From contig JALAGF010003204.1 of the NCBI GenBank assembly GCA_030167865.1, forward strand, positions 1 to 64,000: a DNA stretch of 64,000 nt. The letters run 5' to 3'. Below are positions 35,586-47,905 of this stretch, piece by piece (position 1 is the first letter of the stretch; each line of letters opens with the position of its first letter). The position numbers and the translations under genes were made by a program. The notes beneath the pieces were generated by a model. It was not told where the DNA came from. It did not search any database and saw only the letters and a list, made by a program, of their open reading frames with translations. The stretch is from Craspedostauros australis (Eukaryota).

Positions 35586-36863
35586 ATGAACTTCCAGGAG
35601 GTTCTTCGATTTACTTGGTTGCTTTGCCTTTGCCCGCATGCCGAAAGTCTGCGACCCATCGTGCCTGTACCATCCCAACACTCATGCTCGTACTACATCG
35701 CTCCTGATCTGCGCCATCAGTATTCTGATCATCCGACTTCCTCCCGCACAAAATCACCACGACGCTTTCGACAATCTGCAGGATTAGCAACGCATCATCC
35801 ACCACAGACGGGCCATCGCACAGCATCTATCACGAGAACGATGGCTGCGATTGGATCGTGGGCGGAGCTGACGCCACCAACGTTTGATGCGGGCGTGAAG
35901 GATGCCAAATCTGTGCCCAAGCAGATGTACAAGAACGAAGACTTCAAGGCGGCCGTGATGGACGCCTGGGCGGCGGAGCTGTCGGCCACCGATGACGTGC
36001 AACAAGTGGAAACCGCATCCATCGTGTACTCCTCCTCCGAATCTCCAACAAACTCAAGTGGAGGCTGTGGTGATCCCATCACAACACCATTGTATGGCCA
36101 TCTTGTACGGCGATGCAAACCATCAAGCAGCGATACCGACGATGGAAGCGGTGCCAAATCTGTACAATCGTCGTCGACGAATCCAAACATCGGCGCGTTG
36201 TTCTTTCACACAGCAGCAGGACCGCACGACGCATTCCTCCTGTGGAAGGCGGCCTCGTTGCTGCAGCACGTCGATTGCACGATCCTCATTTGCGATCTGT
36301 TTTCCGATGAATCCGGATGGGGATGGGATCCTGATCGCTCCCGGTACCAAAAGGTCCGCGAACATCTCTTCGCTGGCGCGAATGACGACGCACCGCACGT
36401 GCTGCAGCAGCGCGTTGCGGCGGCATGCGATACCATCCAGAACGGAAGGAAGGACATGAAGATCGCGGCTCTGGGATGGTGCTTTGGTGGGCACCCGATC
36501 CTGCAGCTGGGGAAAATGAACCTGCCCAACCTGCACGCCATGGTGACATTCCATGGTGTCTTCGATACGCGTCTTGCGACCATGAAGCAGTCCGACGTAT
36601 CGCAGGAATCAAAAACATCGCAAGCCGCAGTTCTGCTGTGCCATGGAGAGCAGGACCCGTTCGTTGCATTGGCCGATGTGGAGCTGTCGGCCAAGTCTCT
36701 GGAATCGCACGGACACCGCGTTCGCGTGCTGGAACTGAAAGACGCGATGCATGGATACACCAATCCAGCGCAAGATCTGAATCCCAATCCATCCTTCGCG
36801 TATCAAGCCGAAGGGGCAAATCGGGCATGGGCTGATGCCGTCGAGGTCTTGAAATCGATCTAG
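35586..36863 (+). CDS. Dienelactone hydrolase family protein with N-terminal targeting peptide
   Basis: Nucleophile elbow GWCFGG, VTFHG, LLCHGEQDPFV, HGYTNP (Cys-Asp-His triad). Confidence 0.85.
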   Translation: MNFQEVLRFTWLLCLCPHAESLRPIVPVPSQHSCSYYIAPDLRHQYSDHPTSSRTKSPRRFRQSAGLATHHPPQTGHRTASITRTMAAIGSWAELTPPTFDAGVKDAKSVPKQMYKNEDFKAAVMDAWAAELSATDDVQQVETASIVYSSSESPTNSSGGCGDPITTPLYGHLVRRCKPSSSDTDDGSGAKSVQSSSTNPNIGALFFHTAAGPHDAFLLWKAASLLQHVDCTILICDLFSDESGWGWDPDRSRYQKVREHLFAGANDDAPHVLQQRVAAACDTIQNGRKDMKIAALGWCFGGHPILQLGKMNLPNLHAMVTFHGVFDTRLATMKQSDVSQESKTSQAAVLLCHGEQDPFVALADVELSAKSLESHGHRVRVLELKDAMHGYTNPAQDLNPNPSFAYQAEGANRAWADAVEVLKSI

Positions 36864-37289
36864 AGAGTAGAACTTGATGGAGTCGCATTGTACAACATCT
36901 ACGGTGCAGGCAGAATGTGCCTTTCGTCGTGCTCTATCCTTCAGTGTTCCGAAGAGGTTTCGCATCGCACATTGTCCTCGCTTGGATGAGCCAGCCGACG
37001 CAGGAACAGCCTGCCAGATTGAACAAGGAACTCTGACTAGACAGTTGCACTATTCCGACGCACCACAGAGAGTGAGAAAGTTGGTATCGTCTCATAGACT
37101 GTAGCATTCTCTAATGGAGTAGGCTTACGACCAGCGCATCTTCATCGCATGGTTGCTGAGTGTTGAGTGTTGGATCGCTCTCATCACATGTCGTATGATG
37201 ACATTGGAAGGCGGAGGCATGCAAACGCACTGGCATTGCAGCAGATCCATCTCCAATTGCTCTCCACGACACTGGAATGTCCGAAGGAT

Positions 37290-37535
37290 TCAGCCTGAAT
37301 CGCTGCTACCTGCTGACGATTGCTGGGATGCCTCCTGTTGCTGTCTCTGCTGCTCCAATCTCCGTTGCCTTCTCTTGTACCGAAGCCGTTCCTTGTCCCT
37401 CTCCACACCGGCCCGCATAACATCCCGATCCCACACCTGCGATCTGTGGCTGTACGCAACGGCACCCACAGCAGCCAGCGTCGTCATGCCCATGACCACC
37501 GCCGGTCCTCCGCGAGGAAGCAGCTGCCTGACCAT
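37290..37535 (-). CDS. PET117: Cytochrome c oxidase assembly factor PET117-like
   Basis: 81 aa; hydrophobic segment followed by HxxQxxDRxxMxxGVxRDxER and a charged coil. Confidence 0.75.
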   Translation of the reverse strand: MVRQLLPRGGPAVVMGMTTLAAVGAVAYSHRSQVWDRDVMRAGVERDKERLRYKRRQRRLEQQRQQQEASQQSSAGSSDSG

Positions 37536-38204
37536 CGCCTGTATCTTTGTGGTGGGAAGGTGACTGCTTTGTTGGGAGGCTCGCGGATGGGTGTGCACAA
37601 CCAATTAGGGTACCGTGACAACACTGATGAAGGCGGGTTTGATGCCAATGACTCCAATGACTCCAATGACGCCAACGACGCAGGGATGATGAGGATACTC
37701 TTGCTCTTATCGGTGCTTGTAGAATGGGGTGACAGGCATTCACGACAACTCGCTCCACTATCGCCTGTTGCGGTTGTTGCAACTGTTGCGATTCCATCTG
37801 ATGCGTTGTTACGTCCACGTTCGCTTTTGTCTCTCTCTTGTTTCTTTCGATTTACAGTATTAGTCGACTGTGCTTTTATTTTGGCGCGAAACTGATAATC
37901 GACAACTTTGACTGCTCTCAACTGAAGAAAACAAACAGAATATCATTCACGAGTCAGTTCGGCTGATTCGTGACTGTCGTTTCTACTCAGTCTGTCCACC
38001 ACACGGAGAGATGTGAAACAGAGCGAATCTGGGCTTCTCTGCCACCACCAACACAAAACATGATGTCAACCCAACATTCGGAGGCCGTCCTGGAGTGGGT
38101 GCCCATCAAAGATCGGCCACAGGTTCATGGGTATCACAATCCTTGTTGCGTGGTAGTACGATCTAATCAATCTGAACAAACGGACCCCCATCAAAAGCAA
38201 CACA

Positions 38205-39518
38205 ATGGCGACGGAAGAAGACGCTACCGAAGACCAGGCAGAGCCAAAGCCTGCCCGTGAGGCTGCACAGAAGCCCCGTCGAATCATCCGCAGACGGAGA
38301 CGCAACAAGGGACCGGAGATCGACATGGCGCTGCTGGAGAAGACCGTGCAAGCGTCCAGCCTGCCCAAGGCCTACAGCTTCGAGCTGCCCAAGACGGTCC
38401 AGCGCATCCAGTCCATAGGCGCTGCGCATGTGGCCTTGCAGATGCCAGAAGGTCTCCTCATGTACGCAACCGTGCTGTCCGACGTGATCAAACGGCTCTG
38501 TCCGACGCTCACGCAGGTTTCCATCCTGGGCGATGTCACGTACGGAGCCTGCTGCGTCGATGATCTCGGAGCGAAGGCCCTGGGAGCCCAGCTGCTGGTG
38601 CACTACGGCCACTCTTGCCTGGTGCCCATCCAGCACACGGCCATTCCATGTCTCTACGTCTTTGTGGAGATCACCATCGATGTGCCGCATCTCGTGGACT
38701 GCCTCGACATGACCCTGTGTGGTGCGCCCGTCTCCACATCAGCTTCGACGTCAGCAGATGTGGATGTGCCTACTAATTCAGACACTAGTGTGGAGACGAA
38801 GCCTCTCGTCTACCTCCTGGGCACCATCCAGTTCCGCCACGCTCTGTTGGAAGCTGATAAGCTCCTGCAAGCCAAGGGATACGAAACCAAGATCCCGCAG
38901 GCCAAGCCACTGTCTCCAGGAGAAGTTCTGGGCTGCACATCGCCGGTTCTTACCAGCGACAGGGATTCCAACGCGGTCGTGTGCTTCGTCGCGGATGGAC
39001 GTTTCCACCTGGAATCCACGCTCATCTCCAATCCGCACATCCCTGTGTTCTACAGGTACGATCCGTACAGCAAGGCGCTGACGGAGGAGGCCTACAAGCA
39101 TGAGGAGATGAAGGACATTCGTCACAACGCCATCCAACGCGCTCGATCCGCCAAGACCTTCGGCATCTTGCTCGGGACTTTGGGACGTCAGGGAAACCCT
39201 GCGATCGTGCAAAGGATCAAGGAGACGCTGCGCGCGCAAGGCAAGCGCCACTTCCTCATGCTCGTCTCGGAGATCACGCCGCACAAGCTGGCTCTGTTCC
39301 ACAACATCGACGCATGGGTGCAGGTGGCATGTCCCAGACTTTCCGTCGATTGGGGACATCATCTGTGCGAAAAGCCCGTCCTCAACCCATACGAGTTGAT
39401 GGTGTGCCTCGAGAAGTCGGAATGGAGGAAGGTGTATCCCATGGACTACTACGCGCAGGCTGGCGGCGAATGGGCCAACTACCATGAATCCAACAAGAAT
39501 CGTGTCATCGAGATATAG
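38205..39518 (+). CDS. DPH1: Diphthamide biosynthesis protein 1
   Basis: VALQMPEGL, GDVTYGACCVDD, HYGHSCLVP, GEVLGCTSP, DGRFHLES, LGTLGRQG, QVACPRLSVDWG, YPMDYY. Confidence 0.95.
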   Translation: MATEEDATEDQAEPKPAREAAQKPRRIIRRRRRNKGPEIDMALLEKTVQASSLPKAYSFELPKTVQRIQSIGAAHVALQMPEGLLMYATVLSDVIKRLCPTLTQVSILGDVTYGACCVDDLGAKALGAQLLVHYGHSCLVPIQHTAIPCLYVFVEITIDVPHLVDCLDMTLCGAPVSTSASTSADVDVPTNSDTSVETKPLVYLLGTIQFRHALLEADKLLQAKGYETKIPQAKPLSPGEVLGCTSPVLTSDRDSNAVVCFVADGRFHLESTLISNPHIPVFYRYDPYSKALTEEAYKHEEMKDIRHNAIQRARSAKTFGILLGTLGRQGNPAIVQRIKETLRAQGKRHFLMLVSEITPHKLALFHNIDAWVQVACPRLSVDWGHHLCEKPVLNPYELMVCLEKSEWRKVYPMDYYAQAGGEWANYHESNKNRVIEI

Positions 39519-40311
39519 CGCAGCCCAACACTGCACAACACAGCATACTGCAGTGCAGTGCAGTGCAGTGCAGAACAACGAATGGCACGAGAGAGAAGCA
39601 CGAACAAAGGTACGTCCCAGCTGACTGCACATGCACATTGCAAGTGTTCAACTGCACGTTCCACTTGTATGTTCGCTTCACCTTGCTCAATGTCCAACGT
39701 AGCAAATAGATCCATCACGAGGGCGTAGAATCTCATTTGAGCCAAGTGCTTAGCACCATCACCTGTCTCTTCCAAATCTGCGCAACATCAAACTGCTTGT
39801 AACACTTTTCCCTCGATCATCATTCCACACTGTCGGGGGACATTTAAGCTCGCAACATTCCAACTCACGTGCAACTCACACAACTGCATGTTCTAATCCA
39901 TTGCATCATGTTCCGTGTTCCTTTACTGTGCGTCCATTTCGTCACAGCAGTCGGTCCTGTGCGAAGCAGATCGTACAGCAGCCCTGCTGGCCTGATCAGA
40001 AATGTGTAATAGGTACACCTGTACTGTGTCAAATATAATTGTGAAGTTCATAGAGCAATAATGTAATAGAAATAGACGCATCAAACTGTACAAAAGACGC
40101 GTTTTCGTTCTCTCCCTCTATCTGTTTGCAGTGCAGAACGCCCTCCATGATTGCTGAATCGAACTCCCCCGACGTACCATACCCACCCACTCGTACTTTG
40201 CTGCACCCCACAGAGTTTGCACACTCCGTTACACGTGATTAGGAAAGCAAAATAACTGTTTGGCTTTTTCACTAACTTACAAGGGTCCTTTTAACTTCCG
40301 ATCGCGTGGCT

Positions 40312-41166
40312 TTACTGTCCCATGCGGATGATGAGGATCACCACCAGAACGACCAGCACACCGATGAACACCCACGACAATGCCAGGGCCTTCCACATCA
40401 GCGACACTCGCTTTCCACCGTCTGAAGATTGGGCGACGTTGTTGCGCGATGAGCGTTTCAGAGCCTGCAGGATCTTAGCTTTCGGGTCCGTAGGCTCGTC
40501 GCTCGAGGTGTTCGAAACGTCTGTGTCTGTGCTGCTCGAGCCCTGGAGGGGTGGTTCGTCGGGCGCCCTCGGGGCCTGCTTCGCCGCCCTGGCGGAGGCC
40601 AGCGTGCTGCCGCCGATGCTGCTGATATCGTCCTCGGTCCCCTCCTTCCACACTGACACGTCGTACGTGCTCGGCGAATACTGCAGACTGTCCTCCACGC
40701 TCTGCCCGTCCTCTTCTCTCAACAGGGAATTAAAATACGAGTGGAACGGGGAGCTGTACATTTTCAATGCAGATGGGCGTAGCATTTGCTTCGGGTCTGC
40801 CTTGGGTGGTGTGGCCTTCGTCTTCTCGGAGAGGACGGGAATCTGTGGGAGGGGTGTGGTGGCATCTTCATCGTCGGTGCCCTCGACCGCAGTCTCGAAG
40901 CTGGAGGAACCGAAGTTGACCTCCTCCAGATTGGTGATGCCCGCGAGATGATCACCGATCACATCACCGATGTCCTCACCGTCGAGCTCATCGTCGGTAG
41001 GAGCCGGCTCGTCGGTGGCGTTGTCGACGGCGTTCTTCTTCGCATCTGTTGCTGCGCCATCAGGAGGCGCTGTCTCCGCGACGAGATTTCGCTCATCAGC
41101 TGCGCTAGTATCTGGGGTTGATTGTGGCTTCGCTGCCATTGGCTTGGCCTCCTCAATGTCGCTCAT
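40312..41166 (-). CDS. Acidic disordered protein with a C-terminal TM (tail-anchored or truncated receptor-like)
   Basis: 284-aa ORF ending in the hydrophobic helix ALALSWVFIGVLVVLVVILII-RMGQ*. Confidence 0.7.
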   Translation of the reverse strand: MSDIEEAKPMAAKPQSTPDTSAADERNLVAETAPPDGAATDAKKNAVDNATDEPAPTDDELDGEDIGDVIGDHLAGITNLEEVNFGSSSFETAVEGTDDEDATTPLPQIPVLSEKTKATPPKADPKQMLRPSALKMYSSPFHSYFNSLLREEDGQSVEDSLQYSPSTYDVSVWKEGTEDDISSIGGSTLASARAAKQAPRAPDEPPLQGSSSTDTDVSNTSSDEPTDPKAKILQALKRSSRNNVAQSSDGGKRVSLMWKALALSWVFIGVLVVLVVILIIRMGQ

Positions 41167-42244
41167 CTTGTGCTGTTGCTCGTTGCGTGCGGATGTGTCG
41201 ATGTGTGTGGGTGTGCTCAGAGTATACTTTTCTGCAGTTGCTCAAGTTGCTGTTGTTGGTTGTGTTGTGTTGTGTTGTCAAGTGCAATTCATGCGATTGT
41301 CGATCCCGGATGACGGTCGCGATTGGTGTGGTTCGTTCTTTCTTTCGTCACCTCTTTCGTTCGGGCTGTGCTTTACCGTCACGATGGTGATCGTGTTGCT
41401 GCTGTTGTTGCTGCTGCTCCTGCTGATGATGGTAATGACATACAATGCCCTGGTATGCTTGCGTTGTGGCGGAGTGAATGGTTTGCTGGCTCAATTTACA
41501 AGCTCTCTTCAATCTTGACTTTGCCTTTGAGTCTGTTGTTGTTGTCGTCTTCGTTCTTCGCGTGCCGTCGGCCGTGAGTCGGAAAAGCGCCTTCTCCGTG
41601 CTGCACCTTGCTTTGGTGGCTTCAATTGGTTGACGGGTGGGTTGTTGCTGAGTAACGAGGAGGTCGGCCACGAGGCGTTTCTGTGCGAGGAGACACGGCG
41701 GTGAAGCAAACAACGAATCAAACAAACAATCGCAGACTCCAAACCAAATTCAAAACAGGATGTTGTGAGTGGATAGTAACGGCCATGCGGACAATTCACA
41801 CAGTTGGAACGCGCGAGCCGGGCTTGACAATAATGATCTGTGTTGAATCGTGACTTCTGTTTGCCGAACACCATGCTATGGAGGTTAATACGGCGTTATT
41901 TTGAACGCTGGATTGCCAACCACGAGCGAGTCCGCTCTCTCCGAACACCTCACAAAATCAACGTTGTCATCGCCACCATCGCCATCCTCGGAGTCTTCCA
42001 AAATACAAAAATCCTCCTCTTGGCGCACTCCCACTACTCTCCGCTTCCTGCACTCTCTTCCTCATACACAGCGTGACATGGCATGGCATGTCATGCTGGA
42101 GCGACTGTTCCAGCTACTCTATAAATATTAACACTCGTAATCGTAATCGTGTCATCTGTACTGCTCTACTCCTATTCGTATACCATCGACACATGGTTGG
42201 TTTACACCAAATATATTGTTTGTTTGAAGGTTGCTAAGGGGAGG

Positions 42245-45113
42245 CTACGGTTCCAGCGCATCAGGCTGGCACTGAAAGCAGCAGTCCGTGCAACAATCGC
42301 AGAGGATCTCATCGCAGTCGGCGTAGAGCTGGTTGATGGATGACGCGTTGCAGACGGATTGCGGCATCTCTCCAACGATGTTGTTCTTGTAAAGTCTGAA
42401 TGTCTCCAAAGAAGCGAGCGAACCCAGCTGATGCGGAACGTCTCCAATGAGCTCGTTCCTCTCGATGCTGAGGACGCGAAGATGGGAGAGCCGCGATAGT
42501 TCTTCTGGGATCTTGCCATCCAAATCGTTGCGTGATATGATCAGAGATTCTGCGGAGCAATTGTGTTGGGATGTGAGGGTATCAACAACAGCGTGTGTTC
42601 GTTCCCAGTGATGACGACGACAGACACGTAAAACGTAGAAAAGGGAAGAAACCACTTGGGAAAAGATAGCATGCCATTTGGTGTCATGTGAGTCTGCTTG
42701 TCATATGATGCCATGTGATTGTTGATAGAATTGCATGGATGTATGTTGTCACACCATGGAATTCCTCGCATACTCATGCATTGTACAACTACAACTACGA
42801 GATGAACGTACCTAGCTTCGACATGGCTCCGACGTAAGATGGGATGCTCCCTGTCAGCTTGTTGCCTTGTAGGTTGAGAGTGACTGCGAAATGCAATGCA
42901 ATGCAATGCGATACGGCGTAGCGAAAGGTGATGTGCGAAAAGAGGACCTGTTAGTGGACGCTTGACGATCATATCTTGAAGGGTGCGTGTTTGGATAGCA
43001 CCATGGGTATGTACTCTACTCGTTTGGGAGAGAAGTTACTGCCCGCGAAGTGTCATCTCGCGCAGTGCATACATGGGGCCACAGTACAAGTAATACCAAC
43101 AGCGACTGCAGCTGCAAAAGCATGCGGAATAGAGTACAGATGCCCACCTCTCGAGAGGAACGTACCGAGGTTGGAGAGCAACGCGATTTCGGATGGGATC
43201 GATGATTCCAGCCGATTGCTGCCGAGGTGCAAGGTCTGCAGCGTGTCTGAAAGCATCCAAAGTCCCGATGAGAGATTCCCACCCAGGCTCAAATCTTCCA
43301 AATGGATCGTGGTCAGGTTACCATCACTGTCGCAGACAGTCTCTGCACTGGTGATGTTGCTGGAGCGAGCTCTATCCATCGTGTTTGCGTCGTGGAATGT
43401 TGAGAACCAGGTGCATTCATCGGTGTAGGTCATCCACCCGTTCATGCCGTCCGCTCCGAAGACGATGCGTGAATCCAACGAGATGTGCCTGTTCCGACTG
43501 TATGATCCTTCCAGATAGATCATCGCCATTGCGAAACGCTGCAACAGACGAGTGGACATGTACGAGGGGAATGCAGGATCGGCCAGAAGCCAATGCAAGG
43601 CTCTGGATTGGGGGCTCTGCTCATCCTCAAAGTCGGTCGTGCCCTCTCGCATTTTGTTCGTAACAAGGTCCTTCAGGAGCAGCTCGTTTGCCGTTGTTGG
43701 AGCGTCGCTGGGGGACTCACTTGGGAGCATCGTCGGCCTCGAGGTGGGTGACATGGAGATGCTTGGCGTATTCGAAGCAGTCTCAGTTGGTGTTTGAGAG
43801 GTGGAGCCGTTGGTTGGTTCTTGGGTTGGCATACGCGTTGGAGGGTGTGTCGGTATGAGCGCTGGTGCTACGGTGATTCTGGAGACCTCGTTGGGCGCGT
43901 TGGGCGGAAGCGAGATGCTCGGGCTGAGTACTGGTGCGCTTGACACATCCGCCGACGAGGATGACGACGATGATGATGAACTTGAAGTGGAGCTGTCATT
44001 TCGACGCACGTGCATCAGCAGCAACCCACAAAGGGCGACAGTGATTGCAGAGATCACGCACAGCACTGCCGTCGCCAGGACATATCTCTTGAAACGTTCT
44101 TGTCTGTTGTGGATCAGGAGTCGTTTGTGGGATGCATTTGGATACTTTGCACCCTTCTCCTGGTGCGACGTCCGGGTCTTGACCGGACTTTTGTTACTCG
44201 CGACGAAAGTGACTTCACTCTTGCGAACTGGTCTACCGTTTCCATTGGAAGCATCTCGTCTCCGTTTGCCCTCGCAGTCGCTCACAATCTTGAGATTGTC
44301 TCCAGTGTGCTGATATCGATACTTGCGATTGGCTTCGAGGTCATCATCGTTGAGCTGAGCACGTTGAGGTCTCCCACGCTTGCTCTGCGCAGGCCGATGT
44401 TGCTGTCGAGTAGCTCTGGACGCACGGTTCGACGATGGCGTCCGTTTGCCAACACTCTCTATCTCGGGAATGCCGCACTCTTCTGCAATATGGGAGGCTA
44501 CCTGCGCCATATCCACAATGCTCAAGTCATCCTCCATGTATCCGTCGTGATCTTGATCTCGTTGAGAAAATCCTGATGACATGCTGCGGTTCTTGGCTTG
44601 TTGACGCTGGTGACCATTGGCATTTCTGTTGCTGTTGCTGCTGCTGTCATTGTGCCCTCTACTGTTTGATTGGCCCTTCGTGGGTTGCAGCAGAGCCTCT
44701 CCTGTGCTGACCACACTGCGAACGGACGCGATCAGTCGCTGCCTGATCTTCCGCTTTTCAGCTTCATCCGTCGTTGTGGCTTCCGTGGAATTGGTCGTGT
44801 CAAATTGTGCGTCACTTCGACGATGGCGACCATCAACCGCGTCATCCCATGCTTCGTCTTCTTCATCCTCCTCTTCCACCTCGTGGATGGTGTCTACGAA
44901 CGGCCTGTCATCATCTTGGAAGAAGCTCTCTCTTGTGGATTCATACAGAAACCGACGCATGAGGTCGTGATCGCTGTCGCTCATTCCTTTTGTCTCGTGG
45001 TCGGAACCACTACGCTCCAGCGCCTCCGTCTGTTTCTGCCTTCGCGCACTCCTTTTGACTCTCGCCTTGACACCTGAAGTGGCAGCCTCGAGGTCGACAC
45101 CATGTTGCTCCAT
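42245..45113 (-). CDS. Type II single-pass LRR receptor-like protein E; exons 45113-43166, 42883-42812, 42549-42245
   Basis: TM YVLATAVLCVISAITVALCGLLLM; SPQSRALHWL, LLQRFAMA, DECTWF; LRRs spliced in frame through phase-1 introns; DCDEILCDCCTDCC cap. Confidence 0.85.
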
Positions 45114-46464
45114 AATGTTCTTCCCTGAAATCTCGCTGTGATTGTGTCGCCTTTGGTTTCCAGCCGTTGTGGATGTTGTATTAGTGCGAGTGAAGTCGCA
45201 ATACGTCTCAGTTGGTTGTCCTTTACTCGATTTCTTGATGCACCTCTTCGGCTCTCTTCCGTGGAATTGATGCAGATACTCGTCTCGGGAGACTGATTCT
45301 CTCGTGATGTCTCACTTGGTTGCAATGCACCCTTGTTTTCTTTGGATGTTTGGATGTTGTGGCTGTTGCCGACTCTAACTTTTGAAATCGCTTTTGGGTA
45401 TCGATGCCAATGTCAATGTTGATGTCAATGTTGATCGAATGTTGATCTAATGTTGATCTAACGTTGATCTGGTTGCATGATTGCAGACGCCGATGGTCCT
45501 TGTCCTTGAGCTTGTGATCGAATGAATGTCCGCGGTGGGCTTGTCGCCATTCGCTATCACGCTTGCATGAAAGTGTTGGCAAGCAGAGATAAGTGCTGAT
45601 ACGATGATGACGGAGCAGAGAATTGAATGATACTCTGCCAATACTCTACTATTCTACAGATTTTGATGCAACTGCTGATGTGGCTGTGAGTGTGATAGCG
45701 GGAGCGGGCAATGCGGGGGAGGGATCATCATCGCTGCTTTGGTTCGTTGACGGGTGTTTGGTGGAGAAAGGAAAACCAATCATGTGTGAAATTGTTTTTG
45801 GTTGGAGGCTCTCTATCCAATTCAAATTTCAAGTGGCCCCAGTTTCTCAGCCTGTGTGTGGCTGACGCGTTTCCGTGAAGGGCATGCGAGCGACACACAC
45901 GAAACCGCAATGCCATTTGGCGCCATTTCTTTACAAGACACGAGTGATTCGACAAGGTGAGCGAGCCGAGGAGGGACGCGCAAAAAGCGTGGCGAGATGT
46001 CAGAGAGCACAGCGCAGAGCAGCGCGGGTGCGACAGAGTGCCGAATGGTGCATAGTACTGACACGGAGACCAGTAGTCGTATGAGTAGCTGGCATTGGTC
46101 CGTGCGAGTTATGCATGTCGCAGGTACAGTACGCCTGGACTCGAATACGGATGCTAACAGCGCCACTTACATTTTCTAACCCCGTCTTGTAGCGCTGTCC
46201 TGGTGCTCAGACTAACTTCATGGACTACTCTTGGTTGGTTCGCAGCCGCATCAATTGTATTCGCAGGTTTGGTGGATCTGTCGTGGAGTCGTTGCAGATA
46301 CTCTCCTGATGAATTCCCACCGTGTTTTCCACGTGTGACCTCGACTTCCAGATGTACGCGTGCCACTGCTAATCACAAGCACTTGTATCATTGATCGTCC
46401 CGCTGTTCCATGACACTATCACGATGAATTCTCTCGTCGAAATGTGTCATGCGACGTCGTGCCG

Positions 46465-46992
46465 CTAAGTTTCCGCCTGCTTGGCCTTACAAATGATAAG
46501 GATCGTGTCTCCACCCGCCAAATGATCAGCAATAGTGCCGTCGAAATCCTCGCAGGATCTGGCAGACGAGGCCTTGGAATCCAGCGTCCACCATTTCTCG
46601 GATTGGCCCTTGTAGACCATCCAGTGGCGTGTCAGTCGCCTGTGGATCCAACCCAAAGTCCCCGGCACATTGACGAGAAGACCAGCGAACCCCTCCCGTC
46701 TCCCATCATCGATCGTTGCAATGAGATCGGCGCTCGACTTCCTCGCATCAAAGAACATTGCCTCGTATCCTTGCTGTTGCAACACGAGCAGCGCCACATT
46801 GGCATCGTAGTTGCCAGTCCCCATCCAGCTGCGATGCGGGTTCCTTCCCCATTTGGTGTCGGGCGACAGCGTCTGACAAGCCGCTTCCATGTCTGACTTG
46901 GTGAGCCTCGACTCGCCGATCAGCATGTTGAGCGCGTGCAGCAGGCACATCTGGTTCATCGGACCCTGGCTTTCGTGGTAGGGTTGCGCCAT
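46465..46992 (-). CDS. Josephin-domain deubiquitinase (JOSD-like)
   Basis: YHESQ...CLLHALNML (catalytic Cys), GNYDANV, RHW (His), LDSK. Confidence 0.9.
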   Translation of the reverse strand: MAQPYHESQGPMNQMCLLHALNMLIGESRLTKSDMEAACQTLSPDTKWGRNPHRSWMGTGNYDANVALLVLQQQGYEAMFFDARKSSADLIATIDDGRREGFAGLLVNVPGTLGWIHRRLTRHWMVYKGQSEKWWTLDSKASSARSCEDFDGTIADHLAGGDTILIICKAKQAET

Positions 46993-47905
46993 GATGGATC
47001 GGCGCGTGCGTATTGTGGACGTTCTTCTCCAATGGGAACCAATGCGTCGTCGTCACACGAGCGTTGCCATCAACCAAGAATGGAGCGCGCCACGTTCATC
47101 GCATGCGGTCCGTGTCGGAGCGTGGTGATAGTTCGTAGAACGTGGAGAGACACGGTGGAGTGCTCGCCCTCGCTTACTCCAAGGCCAATATCTGGAATTT
47201 CCCTGCTTCAGTTGTGAACAGATCGACACCGGCGCTCTTCCTCTGTGTGCATTGACGTCGGTCCTTTGATTGGTTGTGCTGGAAGGTCTGCATCTGATGC
47301 GGTGTCTTTGCAGTGTTCCTCGTGGCGCTCTTTCGCGAGTGTCGTTTGCGATTTCACGTTTTGCTAGGTAATTTGCCTAATCGAGGTTTTCGAATTCGCC
47401 CTGGATACTTTGTCTTGTATTTCGACGTTTCCTTCAATGTGTGAATTACTCGAACCCTATAATTTGGTTCGGTTGGATCCAACCAGTCATTGCCGACAAT
47501 GGCGCAGATGCGCGAAGAATGACACGGCAACAAAACGCAACAGCACAAGAGGCGTGTGCGCGCATTCGTGCTTTCGCTGCGCATCTCAGGAGACGTGGAA
47601 ATTCACCAAGTTCATACACCAGTAATACTGCGACAAGCAAGGAAGGAAGCATTGACAGAGGAAGGCAGTGCATCAGCGGAGAAGAGTTGTTCGGTTGCAA
47701 CAGCGATTTGGGTTCATTCGCTGAAGACAAGAGACAGACAGAGGGGGAGGCAACTGCGTCAGCGTGTGCGGATTGAAATAGAATCGATCTTCAAAGCAGC
47801 GATAGCACGAGCAAAGGCACGAGCCAAGGCAACAGCAGGACCAGCTGATCAGCAGCCCAACGAGCGAAGAAGTGCAGAACAGGGACACCAAGAACTCGAT
47901 TCACA

